64,000 nt of DNA from a virus (IMGVR_UViG_2706796290_000001:34171-98170); one strand, 5' to 3'; positions 48,447-57,335 are shown, counted from the first letter of the stretch. The notes: a model not told the origin generated them from the letters alone. Made by a program: numbers and translations.

Positions 48447-49340
48447 ATGTATAAATCTGTTGAAAATGTTAAAGGTTTGCACGGTAAAGTGGCGATCGTT
48501 AAATATAGAAATGTTTCTGATGCTATGGACCACTATAAAAAATATGATGTGGACATCCCTTTCAAGCACAATAAAGGTAAGGTTTCAGAGTATCGTGGTG
48601 GTCATCATAGTACTGATTGGACAGGTTTTAGTGATCAACGTCACTTTGAACAAACTATGCTTCATGGTGATAAAATCAAAGCGATTGAGATTGAAGAAAT
48701 TCAAGCACCAGAAGTTAAGGTTGAGTCACGTAAACGTAAACGCCATAAAGGGCCTATCGGTGATACTTTAGATATTCATGCAGTATATCGTGGTGAATTG
48801 GATCGTGCATGGACCTATACCAAACGTGATATGCATGATGGTGGTATGAAAAACATCACCCTCCTAATTAACATTGGTGATAACTGTGGCGTTTCCTCAC
48901 AGGCATTAGGGTGGCGTGGTGCAGTGGCATTGAAAGTTTGTGATGTGATGACTGAAGCTGGTTATAATGTTCGAATCATTGCTAACCAAATGACTGAAGA
49001 TTTAACCCGTGATGACGATGGTTATGGCTACAATTGCACAACTGTTAAGGACTTTGATGAATACTTGGATGTGCCTAAGCTTGCTGCAATCTTCTGCCGT
49101 GCAGGTTTCTTCCGTTCAGTAATCTTCACCACAATTGTTTATGAAGCTGAATTACTGGGGAAACGTGTAGGTTACGGTTTAGGTCGATCTATCAAGTCAC
49201 ACAGTGAGGAAGGTAAGAAGCTAATCGAACATGTGCACCAAGATGAAGGATATATGGTGGTATTCCCTTCGGTGAATGGTAAAGAGGATGCTTTAAATGC
49301 CATGAAGGAGATCTTAAAGCCTTATTTAATTGAGGAATAA
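48447..49340 (+). CDS. Hypothetical protein, candidate partner of the MoxR-like ATPase
   Basis: 297-aa ORF with RBS AAGAGGA, immediately downstream of the ATPase. No recognisable motif. Confidence 0.4.
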   Translation: MYKSVENVKGLHGKVAIVKYRNVSDAMDHYKKYDVDIPFKHNKGKVSEYRGGHHSTDWTGFSDQRHFEQTMLHGDKIKAIEIEEIQAPEVKVESRKRKRHKGPIGDTLDIHAVYRGELDRAWTYTKRDMHDGGMKNITLLINIGDNCGVSSQALGWRGAVALKVCDVMTEAGYNVRIIANQMTEDLTRDDDGYGYNCTTVKDFDEYLDVPKLAAIFCRAGFFRSVIFTTIVYEAELLGKRVGYGLGRSIKSHSEEGKKLIEHVHQDEGYMVVFPSVNGKEDALNAMKEILKPYLIEE

Positions 49341-49342
49341 TC

Positions 49343-49621
49343 ATGGATCGTCAAGAGATGATTAAGAAGTATCCTATCGGCTCTAAGCTGGTAGGGAGAT
49401 ATCTAGGGCACAAAAAGTCTTCAATTGAAATGATTTGTAAGGTTGTTGGTTATTCTGCTTTCAGAACTTCGATTTTAGTCTATAATCCAGAAATAATTGG
49501 TCATAATGGTACTGGAAGATGTGTAGATCAAACAGCATCTAGAATTTCTGGGGAAAAGATAAAAGATCTTTATGGTAACCATTGTTGGTATGTTAAATAT
49601 GAAGATTTGCGAGGTAATTAA
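49343..49621 (+). CDS. Small paralog (YPIGSK...YNPxI subgroup)
   Basis: YPIGSKLVGRY...LVYNPEIIGHNGTG...CWYV. Confidence 0.5.
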   Translation: MDRQEMIKKYPIGSKLVGRYLGHKKSSIEMICKVVGYSAFRTSILVYNPEIIGHNGTGRCVDQTASRISGEKIKDLYGNHCWYVKYEDLRGN

Positions 49622-49914
49622 TGATTTTAGAAGGGCTAGAAGACATTGCTAGAGAATATCCAATAGGTTCGAAGGTTATATGTAATGGGAATAATCTTAG
49701 TTATGGGGGGAATGGAGAAGAATTAGTTTGTAAAGTTCTTGGCTATAGCCGATGGGGATATGGTTTGTTACTATACAACCCTGACATTCTAGGACATTCA
49801 GGGAATGGTTTATGTTTAAATGGTTTGCATGAAGAAGTTGATCAAGGCTACCTTGAGAGAAACTACCGAGAGAGTTGCTGGTATATTAGCTACAACATGG
49901 TTAAGAAGGTGTAG
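49621..49914 (+). CDS. Small paralog (same subgroup)
   Basis: YPIGSKVICNG...LLYNPDILGHSGNG...CWYI. Confidence 0.5.
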   Translation: MILEGLEDIAREYPIGSKVICNGNNLSYGGNGEELVCKVLGYSRWGYGLLLYNPDILGHSGNGLCLNGLHEEVDQGYLERNYRESCWYISYNMVKKV

Positions 49915-49944
49915 TATACCTATAGATAAAATGTGGAGGTATAA

Positions 49945-50217
49945 ATGGTTGCTGTTCCAAAAGATAAATTCCCTATTGGATGTAAAGTAAGGGTGATTAG
50001 TGGAGATGGTAGGTGGAAAACTGGAGATATTGGCAAGGTGATAGGCTATGGTGGTACAGATGATATTGTTATATACAACCCACGTATAGAAGGACATAGT
50101 GCATCAACTCACTGTTTTGATAAGAATGGTTGTAGGATCAAGGATGAAGTAAGGTTAAAATATGCAGGTCATTTATGGTACATCTCTATAAGAAGTACAG
50201 AAAGAATTGGAGGTTAA
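49945..50217 (+). CDS. Small paralog (same subgroup)
   Basis: FPIGCKVRVISG...VIYNPRIEGHSAS...LWYI. Confidence 0.5.
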   Translation: MVAVPKDKFPIGCKVRVISGDGRWKTGDIGKVIGYGGTDDIVIYNPRIEGHSASTHCFDKNGCRIKDEVRLKYAGHLWYISIRSTERIGG

Positions 50218-50220
50218 GTC

Positions 50221-50682
50221 GTGAGTAAGCAAGTAGAAAACCCTAAGTACAAATCCTTAAAACAACCTACAGGTAATGGTTCATGTCGCCCTAAAGGTTA
50301 TGGCTGGGTGCAAGTTGATAAGTTAGTGGGTTCTGACAATCAGTATGGTATTGTAGAAAATGGTATCTATAAGGTTGTGGTGTATAATCCTTTAGGTGTA
50401 ATTATTATTACTCCAGATGCCCCGTATGGTGACAACACAAGAGAGCTAATTAAGGATCAATATCATTGGGTTTCATTTGATGATGTCTTTAATCCAATAC
50501 CTGAAGATGAAGAACTGAAGGTTGGTGATAGGGTAATGCTTAATCAAGATTACAACACCTATAAAAAAGGTTATGTTATGAAAGTAAAAGAAATCAGAAA
50601 AGATGGTGACGATTTGCTTGTACAACTTTGTAATCCGAGTACATCCTTCTGGGCTTATTCTCATAGAATACGTAAATTCTAA
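50221..50682 (+). CDS. Two-domain paralog family member
   Basis: GTG start. VVYNPLG... plus second unit KVGDRVML...CNPSTSFW. Confidence 0.45.
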   Translation: MSKQVENPKYKSLKQPTGNGSCRPKGYGWVQVDKLVGSDNQYGIVENGIYKVVVYNPLGVIIITPDAPYGDNTRELIKDQYHWVSFDDVFNPIPEDEELKVGDRVMLNQDYNTYKKGYVMKVKEIRKDGDDLLVQLCNPSTSFWAYSHRIRKF

Positions 50683-50766
50683 TTAAGTTTCCATTGAAAA
50701 CTTGCACAAACCCTCAAGAAATGATAGTATGCACCTATTAATCAACCAAGCATTATAGGTGCTAAA

Positions 50767-51231
50767 ATGGCTAAACGTTTTAAGTATACTAAACTTCAAC
50801 AATCTCAAAAAACTTCAAAATTATCATCTATTTGCAATAAAGTGACTACTTCTGTAGCTCGCTTTTTTCGTGTTGCCTTTAAAAACTTCTTAAGTATGTT
50901 TAAAGGTGGTTCTCCACAGGATATCATGCGAGATAGATTTAAAGAGTGGCACGAAGATGTAAACCTTGCAAATAAGAAGGTGACTTATCAAGTTGGTCAG
51001 AGAGTAACCATTAATGATGTTTCTTATTTTGAGAAATACAGAGGTTTTCATGCTGGTGATGTTGCAAAAATTACCAAATTGATTAATGAGGATGGTGTTG
51101 AGAAGTTAGCACTCTTCAATCCTAAATGGATCACTGCGAAAGATGAACTTGGTTTGGGTTGTGTAATTGTTGATCCTAAGAAATGCATGGTGGAGATTGT
51201 TGGTGTAAAATCTGGGGGTGTAAATGTATAA
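50767..51231 (+). CDS. Paralog family member with N-terminal basic extension
   Basis: VGQRVTIND...GDVAKITKL...FNPKW. Confidence 0.45.
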   Translation: MAKRFKYTKLQQSQKTSKLSSICNKVTTSVARFFRVAFKNFLSMFKGGSPQDIMRDRFKEWHEDVNLANKKVTYQVGQRVTINDVSYFEKYRGFHAGDVAKITKLINEDGVEKLALFNPKWITAKDELGLGCVIVDPKKCMVEIVGVKSGGVNV

Positions 51232-51472
51232 TGAAGGTCTACCTGTAGATGGTGCTAAAATAGTGGTTAACAACCCTGATGGCATATCCAGAAGCACCTA
51301 CAACGTAAGAGAAAACGATGTGGCGAAAGTAGTGGGGAGAATTCATGGTTCTGGTTACAGTATACTAGCATACAATCCTGATTGGAAAAATAAAGAGAGG
51401 GATCACGATGCATTTACATACAAGGGACCTTGTGTGATATTGTGTCGCAGTGAGTATGAGGTGATTGAATAA
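51224..51472 (+). CDS. Small KOW-like paralog family member
   Basis: AKIVVNNPD...NDVAKVVGR...YNPDW...SEYEVIE. Confidence 0.5.
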   Translation: MYNEGLPVDGAKIVVNNPDGISRSTYNVRENDVAKVVGRIHGSGYSILAYNPDWKNKERDHDAFTYKGPCVILCRSEYEVIE

Positions 51473-51789
51473 TGGAAATGTGGGATGGTTATGGTGTGTC
51501 AAGCTATGCAAAAGGTGAATATGATGCATCAGAGGTTGTTGTAGGTTCAAAGATAGTTATAACAAAACCTGACAGTGTTTCTATTGCAAGGAATGCTCTT
51601 AATGGTGATATTGGAAAGATCGTACATGTATGTAAAGTTGACAACAAGCCATGTACATATCTGGCATATAATCCAAAGTGGAAATGTTGTGACGATGGTA
51701 TGCAGAGGGGTTTTGGATATGGGGGTTTGTTTATAATACTTTGGAGAAGTGAGTTTGAGGTGATTCGATATGAAAACAAAAGTTGGTGA
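51472..51789 (+). CDS. Small KOW-like paralog family member
   Basis: GSKIVITKPD...GDIGKIVHV...YNPKW...SEFEVIRYE. Confidence 0.5.
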   Translation: MEMWDGYGVSSYAKGEYDASEVVVGSKIVITKPDSVSIARNALNGDIGKIVHVCKVDNKPCTYLAYNPKWKCCDDGMQRGFGYGGLFIILWRSEFEVIRYENKSW

Positions 51790-51985
51790 TAAAATCAAAA
51801 TAACCTCTCTTGATAAGTAAAGTGATGCCACAGGAGTAGAAATAGGACATGTTGGTAAAGTTGTTGAGGTTTACCCTGCTGGGTGCTTTGCTGAGAATCC
51901 ATTGTGGGGTAAAGGTTCAACAGGATTCTTTAACAGTGAATTTGAGGTCTTAAATAAATCTGAGGGTTTGAACGATGACTGAATG
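51770..51985 (+). pseudogene. Paralog family member with in-frame TAA (codon 17) - pseudogene or readthrough candidate
   Basis: MKTKVGDKIKITSLDK*SDATGVEIGHVGKVVEV...ENPLW...SEFEVLNK aligns throughout with its paralogs. The stop at 51818-51820 falls at a variable position within the domain. Confidence 0.5.
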
Positions 51986-52244
51986 TTATTATTGGGATGT
52001 CCCATCACAAACTAAAGAGCCTACAATAAAAGTTGGCGATAAGGTTGAGATAATTGATCCTCATCAGCTTGACAAATTCCTTGGAATTCAGGTTGGGGAT
52101 GTGGCTAAAGTGGTTTATGTAGGAAATGATCATTTAAGATGTAATAATCCAAGATGGAATATCCGTGATCATGAAATCGGCAGAGTGATGGGTCTAAATC
52201 AAATTAAGCTGATTGTGAATACTTATAAGGAAGAATCTCTATGA
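51975..52244 (+). CDS. Small KOW-like paralog family member
   Basis: IKVGDKVEIIDP...GIQVGDVAKVVYV...CNNPRW. Confidence 0.55.
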   Translation: MTECYYWDVPSQTKEPTIKVGDKVEIIDPHQLDKFLGIQVGDVAKVVYVGNDHLRCNNPRWNIRDHEIGRVMGLNQIKLIVNTYKEESL

Positions 52245-52498
52245 AAGAACCAGAAATTGGCACCAAAGTTGTAATTGTTAATCCTGATGACCGTTCTCGT
52301 GCAGAAGGTATTGTTGAAGGTGATGTAGGTAAAATACTCAAATGTGAATCTAGCTTCAAAGCAAATGAGTTGCTATTACTTGTGCACAACCCTAAGTGGG
52401 AAAACATGCACGAAGGTGTTCTTGATTGTAAATCACCTTGTCATCTTGTATACTTATCTGAATGTGATATTTACGAAGAATGCCTTAAGGGGAATTAG
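52241..52498 (+). CDS. Small KOW-like paralog family member
   Basis: EIGTKVVIVNPD...GDVGKILK...HNPKW. Confidence 0.5.
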   Translation: MKEPEIGTKVVIVNPDDRSRAEGIVEGDVGKILKCESSFKANELLLLVHNPKWENMHEGVLDCKSPCHLVYLSECDIYEECLKGN

Positions 52499-52500
52499 TT

Positions 52501-52851
52501 ATGAGTGCTAAGATACCAGAAATACCACCTATACCAAAACCAGAGCCAGAAAAACCTTATGAAATTTCTCAGACTGTACATAGTCGATTTAATCACCAGA
52601 AGTGTCAGTACGAAGTATTTTCTGTAGGTGAGAGGGTGAGAATATCCCTTTATGGATCTCAATTCCTGAATAATTATGGTATTTACGATGGTCACGTAGG
52701 GAAAATTGTAGAGATAAAAAAGGTTGATATGGGGAATGGAAGTGTTGTTGCTAAGATTTACATAAAAAACCCACTATGGCACTATAAATTACCCGACAAA
52801 GACCCTACAATAATGGAGTTTTTGGATTATGAAGTTTCCAAATTGGAGTAG
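52501..52851 (+). CDS. Paralog family member with N-terminal Pro-rich extension
   Basis: VGERVRISL...GHVGKIVEI...KNPLW. Confidence 0.45.
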   Translation: MSAKIPEIPPIPKPEPEKPYEISQTVHSRFNHQKCQYEVFSVGERVRISLYGSQFLNNYGIYDGHVGKIVEIKKVDMGNGSVVAKIYIKNPLWHYKLPDKDPTIMEFLDYEVSKLE

Positions 52852-52949
52852 GGGATAAAGTAGGGAGTAGGGGTAGAGTAGTAATTAAAGTGTTAACTAG
52901 GGCAGTAAATAGAGTAGTTAATAGAAATTGTAAGTTTTAGGAGGATTTT

Positions 52950-53270
52950 ATGCCCAATGTGGATTTTGAAAGTTTATTCAGCCTCGGTTCTGAAGATAAA
53001 CCAGTAGGTTATCTCCCAAAGGATGTTAAAATTATTATAACAGCACCACAACAAGAAAAGGTTATCTTTAAAGGTTGGGACATGAGTAGGCGAGATGGTG
53101 TCCGTAGAGAGATACCTGTAGGTACTGTGTTTAAAGTCATAGATGTGACCAAGAATGGTAGATTCATTAAAGGAACTAATCCCGATTACACCTTAAGTGA
53201 TATTGTTTTTTATAACACTGAGGTGGAATATGCTATGGTTCCTGTAGAGTTGGTTGGAATGGAGGTTTAA
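52950..53270 (+). CDS. Small protein, distant member of the KOW-like family
   Basis: PVGTVFKVIDV ... pattern. RBS AGGAGG. Confidence 0.4.
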   Translation: MPNVDFESLFSLGSEDKPVGYLPKDVKIIITAPQQEKVIFKGWDMSRRDGVRREIPVGTVFKVIDVTKNGRFIKGTNPDYTLSDIVFYNTEVEYAMVPVELVGMEV

Positions 53271-53862
53271 GTAATAGAGGATGAAGTATTGTGGTTTTAA
53301 GGAATTATTTAAATATTACCTTAAGTACTACCTTTGAGGATACCTCTAGCATTGCCTACTTGGTATCTTTGTTGTTTGTGGGTAGTAAACATGAAAATTG
53401 AAGTGACTACTTCTAGGGATTCCATCAAGGTAGATTCTTTGTGCTTAAGTTAAAACTATACCACATAAGGGTTTATTTGTCAATATTTAAAAACCTTGTC
53501 AATAGTTCGTTTGTTCATTATTTAAACTAAAATTAACTAAGGTATTGTCTTTTAAGGTAATAAAGTTTGTGTGCTAATATTACAACTATATAACTACCTA
53601 TATTACTACCTATATGGCATATTTGTGTATTTCTTAAACAATTAGATAAATATTTAAAATTATTTTGTAAATTGTTTGTAATTACCACAATGTATTCCTA
53701 TATAGTTCATAAATATAAGAAAACCTTAATTTTTGTGTGTTTTAAAAATATCTATTTTATCAAGTAGTTAATAAACCTTGAAGGCTATGCTTAATTTATC
53801 CTTCAATCTTATCCTTCACAATATATTAAAAGGTGAGGGTTATTTTTGAGAGTATCCTTAAG

Positions 53863-54041
53863 GGAATCCTTCAAGGTAGGTTTCACTTTGTAGATTATAT
53901 TTGTAGTTTCTCTTGTCTTATCTCTTGTTGTTTCTCTTGTTATTTTTAGCACTCTATCAAAGGTTGTAATGTTGTTGTAATCCCTTGTAGGTCAATGTTG
54001 TAGGTCAATGTTGTATGCTTGTTTGTGGGGTTCCTTGTAGG
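53863..54041. repeat. Cluster of short tandem/direct repeats in a 1-kb noncoding region
   Basis: TCTCTTGT x3 (53910-53940). GTTGTAAT x2. Tandem TAGGTCAATGTTG x2 (53988-54013). CCTTGTAGG x2. Palindromic CCTTAAGG at 53866-53873. Confidence 0.6.
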
Positions 54042-54105
54042 AAAGAGTGTCAAGATTTTAGATGGACCAAAGACAGCCCTGTGGCGAGTTTTTAGGGGTT
54101 CTTTA

Positions 54106-54190
54106 GGGGATAACCTCTGGGGATATCCTTCAGGTTTCCTTTGGGGATAACCTCTGGGGATAACCTCTAGGGACATCCTTCAGGTTCCCT
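54106..54190. repeat. Iteron-like repeats, GGATAACC core (left cluster)
   Basis: GGGGATAACCTCT(G/A)GGGA at 54106, 54143 and 54156, the last two tandem with 13-nt period. Interleaved (G)GAYATCCTTCAGGTTYCC x2. Confidence 0.6.
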
Positions 54191-54311
54191 GAAAGGTCAA
54201 GTAAAGGCTCTTTCGATATTTTTTCACATATACACAGGGTGGGTTACTTTAGTTATTGACACCTCAAAGAATCTCAGGTAAGATTCCCTTAAGATTAAAG
54301 AGGAGGAAATT

Positions 54312-54872
54312 ATGTCCTACAAATCAGAGGTACGAAAATCTCACAATTTAACCCTAGAGGGATTACCTCAAACACCCTTAATGAGCCGTTCGGCGAATGC
54401 CTCACTAACTAACCCATTGGCTTACTCCCCAAAATACTTAGGCAGTGCTACAGAAGAAATTGACATTATTGTGCTCCTAGATGGTTTAATAACAGACCCT
54501 AAAGTTTCCCGTATTAGTGCTGACATTGTGCTGGATACCATGAACATTACCTACAAGGCATCCATAGACAATCTATACAAAGAGGTTGTGCTAAAGCACT
54601 CCCCGAACGGCGCACCAGTAAAGGGACTCAATAGAGTATATTGTCAGATTATCAGTAAGACAGATGAAAGTCAAGAAGATTTGGAGGATAAACCAGTAAA
54701 GTATTACTTTGAGGTATGGCGCACTAATTCTGAGGGCGAAATTGTAGAGCAACATTGTGCCCAACTTCTGCCACTATTGAGCTTGTTATACCCTACAATT
54801 CGTGCCTTCAAGGTTAGATTAGGTGGCATTATCCAAAAAGTTGACATTGTTGGTGCAATTAAATTACAATAG
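54312..54872 (+). CDS. Hypothetical protein
   Basis: 186 aa. Very strong RBS AAGAGGAGG. Confidence 0.45.
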   Translation: MSYKSEVRKSHNLTLEGLPQTPLMSRSANASLTNPLAYSPKYLGSATEEIDIIVLLDGLITDPKVSRISADIVLDTMNITYKASIDNLYKEVVLKHSPNGAPVKGLNRVYCQIISKTDESQEDLEDKPVKYYFEVWRTNSEGEIVEQHCAQLLPLLSLLYPTIRAFKVRLGGIIQKVDIVGAIKLQ

Positions 54873-54995
54873 ATGGATCTTAAGTCCCCTGAAGGGTATC
54901 CTAGGGGGATATTCTTAAAGATATTTTAAAAGTCCTAGATATTTTGAAAATCGTAGGAAAAATCCGAAAAAGTAGGAAAAGTTTGGGAAATTGTT

Positions 54996-55265
54996 ATGAA
55001 TCATGATGTATTTGAGTGGTATGGTGGTGATGAGGTGGTAGCTATAATAGATAAGCTGGATGCTTTGTGCATTTCTAGAGCAGTAAATATGGGGTTTGAT
55101 TGTCGAGTTATTCTTGATGCGGAGTGTAAATATGAAGATCAACGTCTAGCCTATAGCTTGATGCACAAATTGTTTGTATTAGGGCTACGCAGCCACCTAT
55201 ATATGAGCATACACCTACACTGCAAGGACGAGCTTGGTAATGAGATGCACTTTGAGCTAGGTTAG
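54996..55265 (+). CDS. Hypothetical protein
   Basis: 89 aa. Confidence 0.35.
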   Translation: MNHDVFEWYGGDEVVAIIDKLDALCISRAVNMGFDCRVILDAECKYEDQRLAYSLMHKLFVLGLRSHLYMSIHLHCKDELGNEMHFELG

Positions 55266-55270
55266 CAAGG

Positions 55271-55307
55271 AATTTTTGAAAAATTTTTGGAAATTTTGAA
55301 ATTTGAG
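55271..55307. repeat. AT-rich GAAATTTT-type tandem repeats
   Basis: AATTTTTGAAAAATTTTTGGAAATTTTGAAATTTGAG. Confidence 0.5.
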
Positions 55308-55737
55308 ATTTCTATATTTGGTGCGAAACCAAAAAAGTGACCCTAAAAATATTCTCCACCCCCAAAAAATCCATCTTCAAAAGTAGATCCTCTGGAAGCC
55401 TTTAAAGTCAACCCCTCGGTTCATCTATAAAATATAAATGCAATAAAAAAACTACTAAAAATTACCTAAAAGGTGTAGACATCGAACCCTTTTCTATGTT
55501 ATCCGTGCGCGTTTCTATTTATAGGAAAGATGAAATGGTGTATCTCAGCCTTTCCACTGGTGAACAATCTCTATTTCCTTGCTGTTAATGATAAAAGACG
55601 GCGCTTAATTCACCTAAATAAATGATTTTCTATAGGTATTCATAAAAGATTTAATAAAATAAACAATTAAATTATCTTTATTTTCATGTATTTATGATTA
55701 TTTTTAGTATTATTTTAAAATTATTTGAAGAAAAGGC

Positions 55738-55766
55738 TTGCAATAGTTTTTATAATTGCTCATAAT
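55738..55766 (+). promoter_or_regulatory. Possible promoter for the low-GC small-gene island
   Basis: TTGCAA-N16/17-TCATAAT. Confidence 0.3.
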
Positions 55767-55803
55767 CGCCTCAACTTCTCATGAAATGTAAAAAGGGCAT
55801 AGT

Positions 55804-55947
55804 ATGAACACGATTGAAATTATTGATTTTACCCAAGAGCAAGAGGAAACAATCAAACAAGCTTTTCAGGCTGAACATTTAAAAGACGAATTGAGTCTTA
55901 AAAAACAGTTTAATGATGAATACGACTTTAATTTTGATGATGAATAA
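55804..55947 (+). CDS. Small acidic protein (47 aa), not in ORF track
   Basis: ATG 55804. Translation MNTIEIIDFTQEQEETIKQAFQAEHLKDELSLKKQFNDEYDFNFDDE. Confidence 0.35.
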   Translation: MNTIEIIDFTQEQEETIKQAFQAEHLKDELSLKKQFNDEYDFNFDDE

Positions 55948-56028
55948 AAGTTTATATACAATGCAATTTATTCTTAGATTGCATTAATATGTAAACAACA
56001 AGCTAAACAGCTTAAAGGAAACACGAAC

Positions 56029-56559
56029 ATGAATACATTTGAATATATTAAATCTGCCGTTGCATCTGAGATTTATCAGTTACCTTCAATTAGTTTTGAT
56101 TATCATCAAGACAATGAACAAGCTTTACTTGATCACATTGAGGTAAACGGATATTGCCAACCTTCAGAAATTGGAACGACTGCCGAAGCTTATAACATTG
56201 TTTGGAGTGATCTAGCACGAAATACTGATTATGAAATGCCTGATTTTAGCTTATGTAAATCGAGTTTAGAATGCATCGAAGTCGAAGGGCAAGCCATTTT
56301 ATCAGGTGCTTATTATGAAGCTACTCAAGAAATAGTAAAAGAAATCGCAAGTGCTATCGATGAATGCTTTAGTTATGATTTTGGCAATTTAGAATTAACC
56401 GAAATGTATCTTGGTGAATCAGGACTAGGGCATATTCCACACGATTACGAAATAGACATTGCAGATTCAAGCATGCTTGTTTGGGTAAAATCTAAAATGA
56501 TTCAAATAACAGTTTCAGATGTCACATTGTACGGCATACTTGAACAAGTTGAAAACTAA
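56029..56559 (+). CDS. Acidic hypothetical protein (176 aa), DNA-mimic / anti-restriction-like composition
   Basis: High D/E content. No recognisable motif, so the functional idea is speculative. Confidence 0.4.
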   Translation: MNTFEYIKSAVASEIYQLPSISFDYHQDNEQALLDHIEVNGYCQPSEIGTTAEAYNIVWSDLARNTDYEMPDFSLCKSSLECIEVEGQAILSGAYYEATQEIVKEIASAIDECFSYDFGNLELTEMYLGESGLGHIPHDYEIDIADSSMLVWVKSKMIQITVSDVTLYGILEQVEN

Positions 56560-56605
56560 GCAATAGTAAACAATACGTGCATTATATTAATAGCGAGTAT
56601 TTAAA

Positions 56606-56770
56606 ATGAAAAAAGCATTTAATGGCTTAATGTATGAAAACATTAAAATATCAAGTGAAGAGTTTTATAAGTTAGGTGGATTCTCTAATCCTAATTTGTT
56701 TAGAACGTCACAAGGGCATTTTAAACAAGTTGAGACTTTAGCTTATAAGAAATTTAAGCTAACAAAATAA
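56606..56770 (+). CDS. Small hypothetical protein (54 aa)
   Basis: ATG 56606. MKKAFNGLMYENIK... Confidence 0.3.
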   Translation: MKKAFNGLMYENIKISSEEFYKLGGFSNPNLFRTSQGHFKQVETLAYKKFKLTK

Positions 56771-56874
56771 TCTGGTAAACAAAACGTGCATTGTATTATG
56801 AACAGTATAATGCACAATATTAAATGATTCTTTCGGAGTTTTTATTCCATTACATTTCATAAAGGTAACATAAC

Positions 56875-57018
56875 ATGAAACATTATCAGATCATTCATAA
56901 TGGCTTAGTTTATTGTGTAGACGTTTATGCATCATCTAAAAGAGAAGCTATTGCTCGATACAGACACCAATGGAATCTTGAAGGAAAACGCATTAACTTA
57001 CAATGTTGGACAGTTTAA
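56875..57018 (+). CDS. Small hypothetical protein (47 aa)
   Basis: ATG 56875. MKHYQIIHNGLVYCVDVYASSKREAIARYRHQWNLEGKRINLQCWTV. Confidence 0.3.
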   Translation: MKHYQIIHNGLVYCVDVYASSKREAIARYRHQWNLEGKRINLQCWTV

Positions 57019-57046
57019 TTTTTACATTTAATCGGAGCAATACAGT

Positions 57047-57325
57047 ATGAAATTAACCAATCAAGAAATTATCAATTATTTATCCACCAATCAAGATACC
57101 CGCAAAAAGGTTATATTGAGTAATATTAATTCAGTCTTAAAAGTTAATGATTTATTAACAGATAATGACATTGGTACGATTATTCATGACTCAAGCTTTT
57201 ATGACGATTTATATGATCATAACGTACCTTTCATTGACTTATTAAACGATTGGTTTATGTCGCACCTAGACATTCCCGAAAATAGTAACGATGTCATGTG
57301 TTGGTTGCACTATATTTACGCTTAA
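57047..57325 (+). CDS. Hypothetical protein
   Basis: 92 aa. Low-GC codon usage. Confidence 0.4.
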   Translation: MKLTNQEIINYLSTNQDTRKKVILSNINSVLKVNDLLTDNDIGTIIHDSSFYDDLYDHNVPFIDLLNDWFMSHLDIPENSNDVMCWLHYIYA

Positions 57326-57335
57326 TAATGTTTTT

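Noticed and set aside
48400-48771. 123-aa ORF overlapping the start of 48447..49340.
   Set aside because: Out of frame with a better-supported gene that has an RBS, and its composition is atypical.
51770-51985. Programmed stop-codon readthrough as the explanation for the in-frame TAA.
   Set aside because: No supporting context (no downstream structure evaluated, no suppressor tRNA seen in the window). A nonsense pseudogene is the simpler reading, but it is kept as an open finding.
54106-54190. Possibility that the repeat clusters at 54.1 kb and 59.8 kb are CRISPR arrays.
   Set aside because: There are only three copies each, the spacing is irregular (13-41 nt), the repeats are partly contiguous or overlapping, and no cas genes are nearby.
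53271-55803. Searched noncoding stretches for tRNA genes (GTTCGAATC / GGTTCGA T-loop signatures, acceptor stems).
   Set aside because: One TCGAACC occurrence (55478-55486) lacks complementary T-stem and acceptor-stem context. No convincing cloverleaf was found.
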